A stretch of 64,000 bases of DNA from Chloroflexota bacterium (lineage in GTDB: Bacteria > Chloroflexota > UBA11872 > VXOZ01). A program made the translations under genes and the position numbers. The notes beneath the pieces were generated by a model. It was not told the origin of the DNA, did no database searches, and was given only the letters and a program-made list of their open reading frames with translations. Of this stretch, positions 22,127 through 32,610 are shown piece by piece; position 1 is the stretch's first letter, and each line of letters opens with the position of its first letter. Where the stretch lies: contig OZ219802.1 of NCBI GenBank assembly GCA_964291655.2, positions 1,408,001 through 1,472,000 of the forward strand. The letters are read 5' to 3'.

Positions 22127-22549
22127 TTAGAAGGGAAGATCATCCGGATTGATGGTCTCTTCCGCTTCTGCGGGTGCGCCGGCTTCTTCCATTGATTCGC
22201 CGGACATCCCCTGATCGCGCCGCGAGCCGAGCATCTGCATCTCGAATGCGGTAACGGCCAAGTTGGCGCGCTCCTGTCCGTCCTGGCCAGTGTAGGTATC
22301 TAGTCGCACGCGTCCCTCGATGTAGACCTGCCGGCCCTTCGCAAGGTAATTTGCACAGGTCTCCGCAAGCTTATTCCAGGCGGTCACGCGAAACCAGTCG
22401 GTCTCTTCCTGTTGTTCACCGTCGCGACCGCTCCAACGGCGGCTAACCGCCAGTGAAAAATTGCAAACCGGCGTACCGCTCGCCGTATATCTCAGTTCAG
22501 GATCGCGCCCGAGATGGCCGATGAGCATGACTTTATTCAGGCCGGCCAT
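22127..22549 (-). CDS. ssb: Single-stranded DNA-binding protein
   Basis: NKVMLIGHLGRDPELRYT, KGRQVYIEG, C-terminal DDLPF. Confidence 0.97.
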   Translation of the reverse strand: MAGLNKVMLIGHLGRDPELRYTASGTPVCNFSLAVSRRWSGRDGEQQEETDWFRVTAWNKLAETCANYLAKGRQVYIEGRVRLDTYTGQDGQERANLAVTAFEMQMLGSRRDQGMSGESMEEAGAPAEAEETINPDDLPF

Positions 22550-22551
22550 GA

Positions 22552-22911
22552 CTACGTTTCCTCACTTTCTGCTTCCGCTACGGCTGCGGGTTCCGGCTCC
22601 CGGTCCGGCGTAAGCAGCGGGAGACCCTCCGCGCGCACGGTGAGATAACGGAGTACGGGTTCCGAGATAAGGAAGAGACTCTCAAGATCGCTCACAAGCG
22701 ACGGGGAGTCGGCCTGGAAGTGCCAGAGCACGTAGTGGCCGTCGTTGAGGTGCTTGATCGGATACGCGAGACGCTTCCGCCCCCATGTCTGCTGCGCAAT
22801 GATCTCACCGCCGTGATCGGTGATGGTGGAGACAATGCGACCGGTGAGCGTCGCGAGGGTGTCGGGGTCAATTTCCGGGTGGAAGATGACGACGAGTTCG
22901 TATGGGCGCAT
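22552..22911 (-). CDS. rpsF: 30S ribosomal protein S6
   Basis: MRPYELVVI, WGRKRLAYPI, VLRYL. Confidence 0.96.
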   Translation of the reverse strand: MRPYELVVIFHPEIDPDTLATLTGRIVSTITDHGGEIIAQQTWGRKRLAYPIKHLNDGHYVLWHFQADSPSLVSDLESLFLISEPVLRYLTVRAEGLPLLTPDREPEPAAVAEAESEET

Positions 22912-23011
22912 AGAGGTATGTCCTTCCTCTGGGTTTGCCTCCGGTCGAGCGCCTTGGCTGGATGAACTCCATCGCCAGCCTGCATCTGCCGGAAGCAGAA
23001 AGGTATTATTG

Positions 23012-23099
23012 TGGTGCCGAGGACCGGAGTCGAACCGGCACGAGCGTTAAAGCTCCTGGGAGTTTAAGTCCCATGCGTCTTCCATTTCGCCACCTCGGC
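23012..23099 (-). tRNA. tRNA-Leu(TAA)
   Basis: GCCGAGG/CCTCGGC acceptor stem plus ACCA, anticodon arm TGGGA-CTTAAAC-TCCCA, long variable arm, GGTTCGACTCC. Confidence 0.95.
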
Positions 23100-23105
23100 T
23101 CGATA

Positions 23106-23164
23106 GACGCATTCTGCAGCTGCTGCAGCCGCATTCTGCAACTGGTGCAGACGCATTCTGCAGC
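23106..23164. repeat. 22-bp tandem repeat x2.7 immediately 5' of the tRNA
   Basis: G(A/C)CGCATTCTGCA(G/A)CTG(C/G)TGCA at 23106, 23128 and 23150. Confidence 0.85.
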
Positions 23165-23404
23165 GGGCGTTCGCGCCTCACTCCCAAGCAGGGACGCAGA
23201 TCCTTGACTACCTTTTCACATTATATGTTGCTCAGTAACCGCCCTGCAACCGGGGCAGTGCGGCGTGCTGCACCTCGATTTCCGTTCCTGCAGGACTAAG
23301 TGAGTCGTGCGCAAGTTTCACTCTTGTCATTGCGGGGCAATTCTTCAGGAGACCCGGCTTGCCGGTAGTGGGAGTTCCACAGGTATGTCATTCGCAGCTA
23401 TATG

Positions 23405-23695
23405 CCTGTCATTCCTGTAAATGTCAGGTTATTCGTTGACAGATTTGGTAGAAGAAACATGGGAGCAAGGCTCTGTGCTTGCCTGAATACCTGTCATTCC
23501 GAACGGAGCGTAGCGGAGTGTCGCTCTTAGCGCGGAATCTAGAGTGCTGAGACCGTGAAAGTGCGTTGAGCAGGGACCCTAGATTCTTCGGTACGCTCGG
23601 AATGACAAGGTCTTGTAGCACTCTCTACGGGAAAGCGAATTCTGTCAACGAATTGCTCAACTCGTACAATTCCGAACGCAGCGAGGAATGACAAC
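23405..23695. repeat. Composite TGTCATTCC-type REP/MITE-like repeat
   Basis: GTCATTCCGAACGGAGCG...CGCTCGGAATGAC pair enclosed by the inverted repeat TTCGTTGACAGA/TCTGTCAACGAA; relatives at 32486-32581. Confidence 0.7.
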
Positions 23696-23742
23696 AAGCG
23701 CTATTGAGCTCTTGCCGTTAGCGCTAGCGAGGAGACAGAGCG

Positions 23743-26700
23743 CTAGAGCTGCACCTGGACGCGCACGAGTTGGGCGTACGTGCCGTCAGAACCCACGAGT
23801 GCGTCGTGGGTGCCCTTTTGGGCAACGCGCCCGTCATCCAGCACGATGATGTTGTCCGCATCCCGCACGGTTGAGAGGCGGTGCGCGATCACGAGCGTGG
23901 TGCGGTCCCGCATGAGCTCGGCGATCGCCACGCGCACTTCCCGCTCGTTTTCCGTATCCAGGTGGGACGTGGCTTCGTCCAGGATCAAGATAGGCGCTTG
24001 CTTAAGCAGGGCACGCGCAATCGCCAGCCGCTGGCGCTGCCCACCCGATATAGACGTCCCGCGTTCGCCGACAACTGAGTCATAGCCGCGCGGGAATGTC
24101 TGGATAAATTCGTCCGCGCTTGCCATCTTGGCCGCTTTCTCGATTTCTTCATCGGTGGCATCGGGCCGTGCGAGGCGCAGGTTCTCGCGAATGCTCATAT
24201 TGAAGAGGTAGATGTCCTGGGAGACGAGCGAGATGCGGTTGCGCAAGTCATCGAGGGTGAAATCTCGCAGGTCGTGACCGCCGAACGTAATCCGTCCCTG
24301 TTGCGGGTCCCAGAAGCGCATGAGCAGGTGCGCCACGGTGGTCTTGCCTGCCCCGGAGGGGCCTACCAAGGCGACGGTCTGGCCGGCTTCAATCGCGAAC
24401 GACACCCCGCTCAATGCCTGGGGTTCGCCCGGGCCGTAGTTGAATGAAACGTCCGCAAACTCCACGGCGGGCGCGGCGACCGTAGCCGGTGTGACGGCGT
24501 GCCCGTCGTCTACCGGCATCGGCTCGTCCTGCACGGCAAAGACGCGCCGGCCGGAGCCGAAGGCGTTCGCGAGTTCCTTGACAATGCGGGCAATTTCGGC
24601 CACCGGCGTAAAGCAGGTCAGTGCGAGCATCGTTGCTACCGGCAGCGCCGCCGCTGTCAGCAGCCCTTCGTTGACGAGATACGCACCCAGCATAAGCACG
24701 ACAAGCGCGCCGACCGCTTGGATGCCCTCGATAACGCCTTGCTGGAAACCCAGTTGTTTGCCGTAGCGCACCTGCAGTCCGGTGAGTGCCTCACTCTTGT
24801 CGTGGATTTCCTGCAAGCGGCGACCGTCTTGCGAAAAGACGACAACCTCGCGCAGCCCCTGCACGCTGTCCGCCATGTGCGCGTTCACCTCGCCAAGCTC
24901 GGTGCGCAAGCGATTGCCCAACCGATCGGTATGCCGACCAATGTAGTGGGGGCTCAGTGCAACCAAAATGAGGAAGGGCACCAGCGACAGGGCGAGCAGC
25001 CACGACATATTGAGCAAGAAGACGAGCGCCACGAGCGGCACCATAATGGCAACCAGAATCGGTCCGGCGGCATGGGCAAAGAACGACTCGACGGTCTCGA
25101 TATCCGAGGTGACGATGCTTGTGAGGTCCCCGCTGCGGCGGCTATACATATAGGCGGGCGCGAGGCGGTCGAGCGTGTCAAAGAGCTTAACGCGCATGTC
25201 GGCCAGGATGCGGTACGCCATGTCATGCGAAATCCAGGCCTCGATCCACGTAAAGAGCGCCACCGTGAAGGCCAGCGCGAGCACAATTGGAATAAGGTAA
25301 CCTATGCCGCCCCCTGTAGCCACCTGGCCCGCGAGCATGGCGCTGGCTACTCCGAGCGCAATGGTAGCTCCGGCCTTGACCAATCCGCTGCCCACGGTCA
25401 CGGCGAACTCCAACCATTCCGGGCGAATGAGCCGCATCAGGCGGCTGCTCGTTTCCCAGGCGCCAAGCATCACCGGCTCGATGGGCTTCGCATGCTCGGC
25501 GCTGCGCAGAAAGTGGCCGTCGCTATTGGCTTGGTCGTCAGGCTCCGGCCTATCGCTGCCGTCCGCGGTGGCGACGGCTGCCGGGGTATCCCCATTCGTC
25601 ACTGCCGTTGAGAACCCGGCAACGTCGCTCTCACTCTCATGGCCGGCCGGCAGCCGCGATTGCGCCGCCACGAGCCGCGCATAGACGCCGTCATAGGCCA
25701 TTAGGTCGCTGTGGGAGCCGCGTTCGACGCACGCGCCTTGGTCCAGCACGATGATCTGGTCGGCGCCGGCCACGGTGGAAAGACGATGTGCGATGACAAT
25801 TGTCGTCCGATTCCGCATGAGTCGTTCCAACGCCTCTTGGATTGCCGCTTCATTGCCGCTGTCCACGTGGGAAGTGGCCTCATCCAGGATGAGTATGGGC
25901 GCGTCCTTGAGGATGGCCCGCGCAATTGCCAGGCGCTGCCGTTGGCCGCCGGAGAGTTTCTGTCCCCGTTCGCCAATGATCGTGTTGTACCCGTCGAGGA
26001 GTCTTGGGATGAACTCGTGGGCGTTCGCCGCTTGCGCCGCTGCCAGCACCTCCGCGTCGGATGCTTCGGGACGGGCAAGCCGGATATTCTCCAGCACCGT
26101 GCCGTGGAAGAGATAGGTGTCTTGGGCGACGATGGACACCTGCTGCCGCAATGATTGCAGCGGGATGTCCCGGATATCGTGGCCGCCAAGGCGAATGCGG
26201 CCTTCCTGGGGATCGAAGAAGCGCAAGAGCAGGTTTGTCACTGTGGTCTTGCCGGCGCCGGACGGTCCTACGATGCCAAGAGTGGTGCCGGCCGGCACAG
26301 TAAAGGAGACGTCTTGCAACGCCGGACGGTCGCCACGCTCATATGTGAAAGCTACCCGCTCGAAGTCCACGCGAGGCTCAATTGGCCCATCATGCGCTGC
26401 GGTTGTGGCGCTGCTGCCGTCTGTACGGTCACGGTCGGCGGCATCAGCGACCTCGGGCACCTCATCGAGAAGCGATAGCATGCCAATGGCCGATGAGGTG
26501 CCAAGCAGACCGGTGTGGTAAAGCTGATTGAGTTCGCGCAAGGGACGGAAGATTTCGATTCCCAGGAAGAGCACGATCATGAGGGGCGTCAAGTCGAGCG
26601 TGCCTTGATCAACGCGAATTGCGCCCCAGGCAAGCACCGTCGCCGCGCCCAGACTCATGAAGAGCATGCTCACGCCGCCGGATGCGATGTTGATGCCAAG

Positions 26701-27432
26701 TACCTTCATCGTCTGCGTCGAAAGCGCACGCGCCCGGTCGGCGAGCATGCGCCCCCACTCCGTGCTGCGGCCAAAGATCTTTAAAGTAGCAAGACCCTGG
26801 ATGGCGTCAATGAAGTCCGCGCTCAACTCCCGGTTCGCTTGCCAGCGTCCGCGGCTGGCGCGGTACGTGGCGCGGCGGAAGAACGTCGGCGCAAGGTAGG
26901 TGAGCACAGCAAAGAGCAGATAAATAAGTGCTGATTGCCAGTCGAGGATCGTCATGAAGGTGAGAATGCCGACGGGCGCAATACCGGCTACTACAAGCTG
27001 CGGCAGGTAGCGACCGAAGAACGTCTCAAGTTGCTCTACGGAGTCTACGGCCTTTACCACGACCTCACCGGTGCGCTGCTTCTGCGTGAATCCCGGACCG
27101 AGACGCAGCAAGTGGGTGTAGAGGGCAGTGCGGAGCTTGACTTTCATCTTGGCCGCCGTCTCGTGGGCGATGAATTGCTGCGCCATCGTGAAGACGATGC
27201 GCAGCATGGGCAATGCGAGCACCCCGAGCAGTATCAGGAGAATTTCCATGAACGGTTGCTGCTCGAAGACCATCGCCACAGCAGTGCCGGAGAGAGACAA
27301 CCGCGCCACACCGGTGGTAACGGCGCCTAAGCCGAAGAGAGCTGCCAACGCAATCCGACTACGAGAGCCTTTGGTGAGGCTGGCGAGCCGCCAACTTGTG
27401 CTGAGAGAATCTGCTTTCTGCGCTGTCGCCAT
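23743..27432 (-). CDS. Fused full-length ABC exporter (TMD-NBD-TMD-NBD), CydDC/IrtAB-like
   Basis: Two TMDs and two NBDs (GPSGAGKT, L/ISGGQ, LDEATS, AHR) joined by a low-complexity linker. Confidence 0.9.
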   Translation of the reverse strand: MATAQKADSLSTSWRLASLTKGSRSRIALAALFGLGAVTTGVARLSLSGTAVAMVFEQQPFMEILLILLGVLALPMLRIVFTMAQQFIAHETAAKMKVKLRTALYTHLLRLGPGFTQKQRTGEVVVKAVDSVEQLETFFGRYLPQLVVAGIAPVGILTFMTILDWQSALIYLLFAVLTYLAPTFFRRATYRASRGRWQANRELSADFIDAIQGLATLKIFGRSTEWGRMLADRARALSTQTMKVLGINIASGGVSMLFMSLGAATVLAWGAIRVDQGTLDLTPLMIVLFLGIEIFRPLRELNQLYHTGLLGTSSAIGMLSLLDEVPEVADAADRDRTDGSSATTAAHDGPIEPRVDFERVAFTYERGDRPALQDVSFTVPAGTTLGIVGPSGAGKTTVTNLLLRFFDPQEGRIRLGGHDIRDIPLQSLRQQVSIVAQDTYLFHGTVLENIRLARPEASDAEVLAAAQAANAHEFIPRLLDGYNTIIGERGQKLSGGQRQRLAIARAILKDAPILILDEATSHVDSGNEAAIQEALERLMRNRTTIVIAHRLSTVAGADQIIVLDQGACVERGSHSDLMAYDGVYARLVAAQSRLPAGHESESDVAGFSTAVTNGDTPAAVATADGSDRPEPDDQANSDGHFLRSAEHAKPIEPVMLGAWETSSRLMRLIRPEWLEFAVTVGSGLVKAGATIALGVASAMLAGQVATGGGIGYLIPIVLALAFTVALFTWIEAWISHDMAYRILADMRVKLFDTLDRLAPAYMYSRRSGDLTSIVTSDIETVESFFAHAAGPILVAIMVPLVALVFLLNMSWLLALSLVPFLILVALSPHYIGRHTDRLGNRLRTELGEVNAHMADSVQGLREVVVFSQDGRRLQEIHDKSEALTGLQVRYGKQLGFQQGVIEGIQAVGALVVLMLGAYLVNEGLLTAAALPVATMLALTCFTPVAEIARIVKELANAFGSGRRVFAVQDEPMPVDDGHAVTPATVAAPAVEFADVSFNYGPGEPQALSGVSFAIEAGQTVALVGPSGAGKTTVAHLLMRFWDPQQGRITFGGHDLRDFTLDDLRNRISLVSQDIYLFNMSIRENLRLARPDATDEEIEKAAKMASADEFIQTFPRGYDSVVGERGTSISGGQRQRLAIARALLKQAPILILDEATSHLDTENEREVRVAIAELMRDRTTLVIAHRLSTVRDADNIIVLDDGRVAQKGTHDALVGSDGTYAQLVRVQVQL

Positions 27433-27611
27433 GCCCTGCCTCAATCAAGATTTCGCGTGTGCGTTTATATTGCGAAGAATTCCTAATAATGGATACACAC
27501 TATACCACGATTTACAAATCCACACAAGGAAACAGCGTGGTGGATTCAGGCCCCTTCTGCGTTGCCTCACGGTCGTAAGAGGGGTGCCGGAAGCGTCTTC
27601 TTCCATAGAGT

Positions 27612-27931
27612 GGGGACCTCTGCAGAATCCGCGCCGGCAAGGGAGGAAGACCCCTCACCCCCGTTTCACGCACGGGGCAGGCTCTAACCCTCTCCCCAGG
27701 GAGAGGGAACTGTGCGATCCAGAGAGTGAGCTGTGTGATCCAAAGAGGGAACCCACACAAAAATCTCCCAAAGGCGACTCTACGCGGCTTCTGCCAGGGG
27801 CGCTATGGATTACTCCCATTCTCCAGGGAGAGGGAAGCATACGATCCAGAGAGGGGACTCGCACAAAAGTCTCCCTGTGGGGGACTCTGCACAGTCTCCT
27901 CCAGTGCTATAGATTGCTCCCTCTCCCTGGG
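27612..27931. repeat. Mosaic of REP-A hairpins and degenerate MITE-A ends
   Basis: CCCTCACCC..CCCTCTCCCCAGGGAGAGGG 27653-27708; repeated GATCCAGAGAG and CACAAAAGTCTCC modules. Confidence 0.7.
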
Positions 27932-28480
27932 GAGACTTTTGCATAACCCTACTTTCAAGCAGGGGCACTCCCTCTCCTGGGATGTATAGACCGGGGACAT
28001 GGGTAACAGTTGTTCGGGCTCATAGGTAACACCATAGAACGAGGGGGTTTTCGTAGTATGCGATGTCCTTGCCTTGAAAGTTAGATCCACTCAATATCCT
28101 TATGCACACTGTTTGTTTCTCTGGCACAAGCTGACAGGCGGAAAGTGAGTGCACTGTGTCGCCAGTCTCTTATCAAACCCGGACCAACCCAATGCTCTCG
28201 TAGGTGTCAATCAGTAAAATGTGTTACCCATGTCCCCGAACAACTGTTACCTATGTCCCCGGTCTGTACAGGGGAGAGGGTTGGGGTGAGGGGGTTTTTT
28301 GCTACGATGGCCCTTTACGCTGGGAAGTGTCAAGACATATCAGGGCAGATTTGGAGTGCAAATGGAGAGATTTCAGGAGGTCCACCCTCACCCCCGTATC
28401 ACGTACGGGGCAGGCTCTAGCCCTCTCCCGTCGAGGGAGAGGGAACGCTCTCGTTTCCCCTTAGGTTTCGCAGAGGTCTC
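27932..28480. mobile_element. MITE-A copy (inverted relative to the 8430 copy) containing MITE-B
   Basis: Ends GAGACTTTTGCATAAC / GTTTCGCAGAGGTCTC; TSD CTGGG at 27927-27931 and 28481-28485. Confidence 0.75.
27983..28270. mobile_element. MITE-B copy 2 (288 bp, IS481 ends)
   Basis: Near-identical reverse complement of 8622-8909; TGT..ACA termini; imperfect TSD TGGGA/GGGGA. Confidence 0.9.
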
Positions 28481-28762
28481 CTGGGGGAGAGGGCTGGGGT
28501 GAGGGGAGACTTCCACCACACTAGAACATTTCCATGTAGTTCTCGGAGTCACCCAAGTCCTGCGCCATTCTCTGAATCAGGGGTCACCTCAGGGTAAGGG
28601 GCCGCAGAAGGGACCCTGGGAAGGACGCGTTGCGCGGTGAATTGTGGAGGCCTGGGCAGAGTGGATCGTGCTCAAGTCAAGCTTGGAAATCACCTCAGTT
28701 TTGACCGCGCTCGCTAAGCAACGTATCATCAAACGAGTGAAAGCGTAGGCTGGCGGTGAGCT

Positions 28763-29392
28763 ATGGACGTAACCGATCTCCCAACAGTTCCGAATCACTT
28801 CCGTTACTGCCCGCGGTGCGGCGAGTCGATGTCGCTGCGGCCGGAAGGCGGGCGTCAACGCGCAAGTTGCCAGGCGTGCGGCTTCATCCATTTCAGCACA
28901 TTCTCACTCGGCGTGGGCGGCATTGTGGTGCGTGATAACAAAGTGCTGTTCATTCGGCGCGGACAAGAACCGGGCAAGGGGCGTTGGACCATTCCGGGCG
29001 GCTACGTAGAACAGGACGAACCATTTGAAGAAGCGGTGGTGCGCGAGGTGTGGGAAGAAACCGGCGTCCGCAGCGAAGTCTTGGGCTTATTGGCGGCCCG
29101 CAACAGTCTCCACGAGCGCGATAGCAACGTGTACATCGTCTTCACGCTCAGAGACCTCGGCGGCGGCCCGCAGTGCGACGGCGTGGAGGTAGATCGCGCT
29201 GAATTCTTGGCACACCATGAGTATGAAGCCTTGCGGGAGCTTGCGCCTGTCAGCAAATACTTCGCGCAAATGGCGCTGGAAACCCCAGACGCGCCGCTGA
29301 CTGCCTCTTCATTCGCGGGCCAGACCAGCGGCTACGCGTATTCCATGTTTGACATTGCCGGATTCAATCCCCACGCGCTGGACTTGGACTGA
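28763..29392 (+). CDS. NUDIX hydrolase with N-terminal Zn ribbon
   Basis: CPRC...CQAC; Nudix box GGYVEQDEPFEEAVVREVWEETG. Confidence 0.92.
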   Translation: MDVTDLPTVPNHFRYCPRCGESMSLRPEGGRQRASCQACGFIHFSTFSLGVGGIVVRDNKVLFIRRGQEPGKGRWTIPGGYVEQDEPFEEAVVREVWEETGVRSEVLGLLAARNSLHERDSNVYIVFTLRDLGGGPQCDGVEVDRAEFLAHHEYEALRELAPVSKYFAQMALETPDAPLTASSFAGQTSGYAYSMFDIAGFNPHALDLD

Positions 29393-29682
29393 GCCGCTTG
29401 CGGCGTAAGCGCAGTCGTGCGCGGTGCCCCACTCGCCCTTGTTTCGTATCAAGGGATTCTGCCATTAGAGGTCAATATGCACCGACCGCCGGTGTAGCGG
29501 GCCATAGACCGGACGAGCCTTGACGGCGTGCCGCGCCGTCTTTCCCTGTCAGCGTCAGGTGCCAAGCCCAGCGGCATACGATGCGCGACAATCCTGATGA
29601 CTGCGCCCTGGAACTGAGCTATGCGGAAGTGGCGGGTGCGATTGTTCCATTGGCGATGGAGCCACGTTTGCGGCTGGGGCGA

Positions 29683-30462
29683 TTACCGCAGCGCCATCAC
29701 TTGACTCTCGTCTAGCGTGGCAAGGTGCTCTGCCAACGCGGGAGAGAACTCTTCAACGTATTGCAAGTCGAAGACCTGCGCGAGATGATGCGCGATGCGC
29801 TCGCGAATGAGCGCCATGTCCGCCTTCCCTGTTTCCCGCGCAATAGACGACTCCTGTGAAACGGATGACTCCTGTGCAACAGACGACTCCTGTGAAACAG
29901 AAGTCATCGTGACCGTTGGCATGCCGCACGGCACAATGTGGGAAAAATAGCTGAGGTCGGTGGTGACGTTCAGGGCGAAGCCGTGGCTGCTGATCCAGCG
30001 GCTGAAGCGTACGCCTATCGAAGCAATCTTGCGGTCGTTCACCCAAACGCCCGCTTTCTGCGCGACGCGCCGGGCCGGTACGTCGCACTCCTGCAATGTG
30101 TTGATGAGCGCTTGCTCGAGGTCTCGCAGGTAGCGGTGCACGTCGCGGTCGCGCGGCCGTAAGTCAAGAATGGGATACCCCACCAGTTGCCCCGGCCCAT
30201 GATAGGTCGCCAGTCCGCCGCGATCTACCTCAATCACGGTGGCGTCCAGGGATGCCAGATGCTCCGGCGATGCGAGGACTTCACTCTCGCTGCCCCTGCG
30301 ACCGATGGTGTAGGTGTGGGGATGCTCCAGCAACAGCACAACGTCGGGAATCGCGTCCGCATGCCGTGCCGCAACCAACCGACGCTGTAATTCCCAGGCC
30401 TCGTGATACGGCACGGAGGCCAGGTCTACCAAAGCGCAATCATACCGCTGCAGTGTGCTCAC
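29683..30462 (-). CDS. lipB: Octanoyltransferase
   Basis: LLEHPHTYTIG, DRGGLATYHGPGQLVGYPI, RKIASIG, HGFALNV, VPCG. Confidence 0.96.
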   Translation of the reverse strand: MSTLQRYDCALVDLASVPYHEAWELQRRLVAARHADAIPDVVLLLEHPHTYTIGRRGSESEVLASPEHLASLDATVIEVDRGGLATYHGPGQLVGYPILDLRPRDRDVHRYLRDLEQALINTLQECDVPARRVAQKAGVWVNDRKIASIGVRFSRWISSHGFALNVTTDLSYFSHIVPCGMPTVTMTSVSQESSVAQESSVSQESSIARETGKADMALIRERIAHHLAQVFDLQYVEEFSPALAEHLATLDESQVMALR

Positions 30463-30791
30463 AACTCCTCTTGCTCCAAGGCGTCAATCAGCTTGGGCAA
30501 GTCAACAGTCACCGTCTGCCAAACAACGTCTTCGTCTATTTTGAAGTACTCGTGTACGAGTAGGTTGCGCATGCCAACTATATCTCGCCAAGGGATATCT
30601 GGATACTCCTGTCGGGATTCGGGCGAAACTTGCCGTGCGGCTTCTCCTACAACTCGCAGACACCCCATCAAAGCTTGCGCCAACATACGATTTAACTCTA
30701 GGTCTGCACGTGTCTTGCCTTCCGCAAACGATCGTGCCTCCTGGGCTGCTTCCAGTATGTGCGTCAGTCGCGCGCGATCATCAGAATCCAT
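30459..30791 (-). CDS. HEPN (DUF86/HepT-like) RNase toxin
   Basis: Rx4HxY motif RNLLVHEY; IPWRDIVGMRN. Confidence 0.92.
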   Translation of the reverse strand: MDSDDRARLTHILEAAQEARSFAEGKTRADLELNRMLAQALMGCLRVVGEAARQVSPESRQEYPDIPWRDIVGMRNLLVHEYFKIDEDVVWQTVTVDLPKLIDALEQEEL

Positions 30792-31101
30792 AGACTGGAA
30801 ATGCCGATTCTACAACTTCATCGCGAAAATACGGGGAGAGGCCGTTTGGAGTGCGAATATCCACCTCCCGGCCACCCAACAACGCCGAAAGTTCCCGCGC
30901 TATTCTGGCCAACGTGAAGTAGCCCGGGGTCTTACCGGATTCGAACTCCACCAGCACGTCTACATCGCTGTCATCTGCAAAGTCGTCCCGCAGCACGGAG
31001 CCAAAGAGCGCCAGCGTGCGGATGTGGTACCGCTGACAGACTGCGGCGATTTGCTTCCGGGGAACCGGAATTTGCAGGGCGGACTGTAGTTTCTTTGCCA
31101 T
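30781..31101 (-). CDS. MNT minimal nucleotidyltransferase antitoxin
   Basis: GSx10DxD motif FGSVLRDDFADDSDVDVLVEF; overlaps the HEPN gene. Confidence 0.92.
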   Translation of the reverse strand: MAKKLQSALQIPVPRKQIAAVCQRYHIRTLALFGSVLRDDFADDSDVDVLVEFESGKTPGYFTLARIARELSALLGGREVDIRTPNGLSPYFRDEVVESAFPVYGF

Positions 31102-31332
31102 GTCCCTTATCTTATTGCATCAATAATACCGCTCGATACGCGACAAGATGCAATCCTTTGCAGTGAGCGTTCCCTGACTGCCCGAGTAGTTCCAATTGGC
31201 ACGGCAATACAATGCTCCCATTCATTATGGCACGGGAAAAGCCTGAGCGGGACTATGAGTGTCGGGATTAGACACTCCAATCACGCATGACTGCATGCGC
31301 TTTGGCTCGAGCCCTGTGGTGCGCCGTTTAGT

Positions 31333-32112
31333 TTAGGGACCGGGCTTGCGTCCGACGGCAATTAGGCGCTCAGCCTCCCGATCGTAGGCCGAGCCATCCA
31401 TACCACCGTAGAGCCGCACGTCACGAAGGCCGGCGGCAATGAAGCGATCCTTGAGCTCCTGGCCGGAGTAAACCGTATGGTCGATCGTGAAGACGCGCAC
31501 GGCATCGCCTTTGATAATGGTCCATTCCATGCGGACTCGCGTCCAGTCGTCGTAAACTTCGCGGCGATCAATTACCACGGTGCCATCCTGGTGCTTTCGA
31601 GAGTGTGTAGGTTCGAAATCACGCGCCAGCAGTTCCTTGCCCACCACGTCCATGACCAGTACGCCGCCCGGTCGCAAGCTTGTGTGGATGTTCCGCAGCA
31701 CCGTTGAATCCTCGGTCTTGTCGTCAAAGTAGCCGAACGACGTAAACATGCTGAGAGCCAGATCAAAAGCCTCGGGCCGCACGAACGTGCGCATGTCGTC
31801 GTGGACCCACTCGACTTGGACGTCTTCTGCAGCCGCCCGTTCCTGCGCTTTCGCGAGGAAGAACTTCGTCCTATCCACGCCGGTTACGCGCAAGCCGCGC
31901 CGGGCTAAGGGCACGGCAAAGCGACCCGGCCCGCAGCAAAGGTCGAGGACCGCCTGCGGTTCCCCGCCAACGAGGCGCAGCAGCGGCTCGACCTCCACCT
32001 CAGCGGCGGCGATCCGCGACGGCGGGAACATGAAGTCGTACGCATCTATCCACAGGGACTCATCCTCGAACCACTGGGTCCTGCTGCTCTCTTGGCTTTT
32101 ATTCATTGACAT
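31333..32112 (-). CDS. Class I SAM-dependent methyltransferase
   Basis: VLDLCCGPGR, DMR, FTSFGYF, LRPGG. Confidence 0.9.
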   Translation of the reverse strand: MSMNKSQESSRTQWFEDESLWIDAYDFMFPPSRIAAAEVEVEPLLRLVGGEPQAVLDLCCGPGRFAVPLARRGLRVTGVDRTKFFLAKAQERAAAEDVQVEWVHDDMRTFVRPEAFDLALSMFTSFGYFDDKTEDSTVLRNIHTSLRPGGVLVMDVVGKELLARDFEPTHSRKHQDGTVVIDRREVYDDWTRVRMEWTIIKGDAVRVFTIDHTVYSGQELKDRFIAAGLRDVRLYGGMDGSAYDREAERLIAVGRKPGP

Positions 32113-32244
32113 CGTCCTTGGCGACCGTGGCCGCTCTTGAACCCAAACCCGGCGCAGGTCATGCCATCACATCCGCGCGCACTCTGCCCCACACGTCAAA
32201 CGAAGCGAGTCTCCTGCAAATGAGAGTATCACCTTGCATGCAAG

Positions 32245-32581
32245 AGCGGGGGACAAGCCCCCGCACTACCAACAGGACCGGATACAAGCCGCCACGCTAC
32301 CAACAGGACCGGGGACAAGCCCCAGCGCTAGCAAGAAGATGAGAAACACGCAATCCGTCATTCCCGCGCACGCGGGAATCCATCTTCTCCTCACAGCGTG
32401 CGCACAACCCCATGCATGGCGCAGTCAAGTTTCCTTCCAGATTTGACCGCCATGAATGCGGAGGACTGCGACAGACGTGAACCCTAGATTCCTCGCTGCG
32501 CTCGGAATGACGCAGTAGGCCAGCCATGCCTAGCGGCAAGAAATCTCATCAACGAATTAGTCAACACTTACAGGAATGACA
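32245..32581. repeat. Mixed REP cluster (three GGACAAGCCCC-type units at ~31-bp period; GTCATTCCCGCG; CGGAATGAC)
   Basis: CTACCAACAGGACCGG repeated at 32266 and 32297; hairpin 32357-32381. Confidence 0.8.
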
Positions 32582-32610
32582 CGTAAGAGAATTGTTCGTG
32601 GAAGGGTGCC

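Noticed and set aside
22912-23099. tRNA as an integration site; S6:S18 leader RNA
   Set aside because: No integrase or tRNA 3' duplication seen; could not fold a convincing S6:S18 motif by eye
29393-29682. ncRNA or small ORF in the NUDIX-lipB gap (also 21447-21639 and 10200-10540)
   Set aside because: GC-rich stems are expected by chance; no family signature recognised without a covariance search
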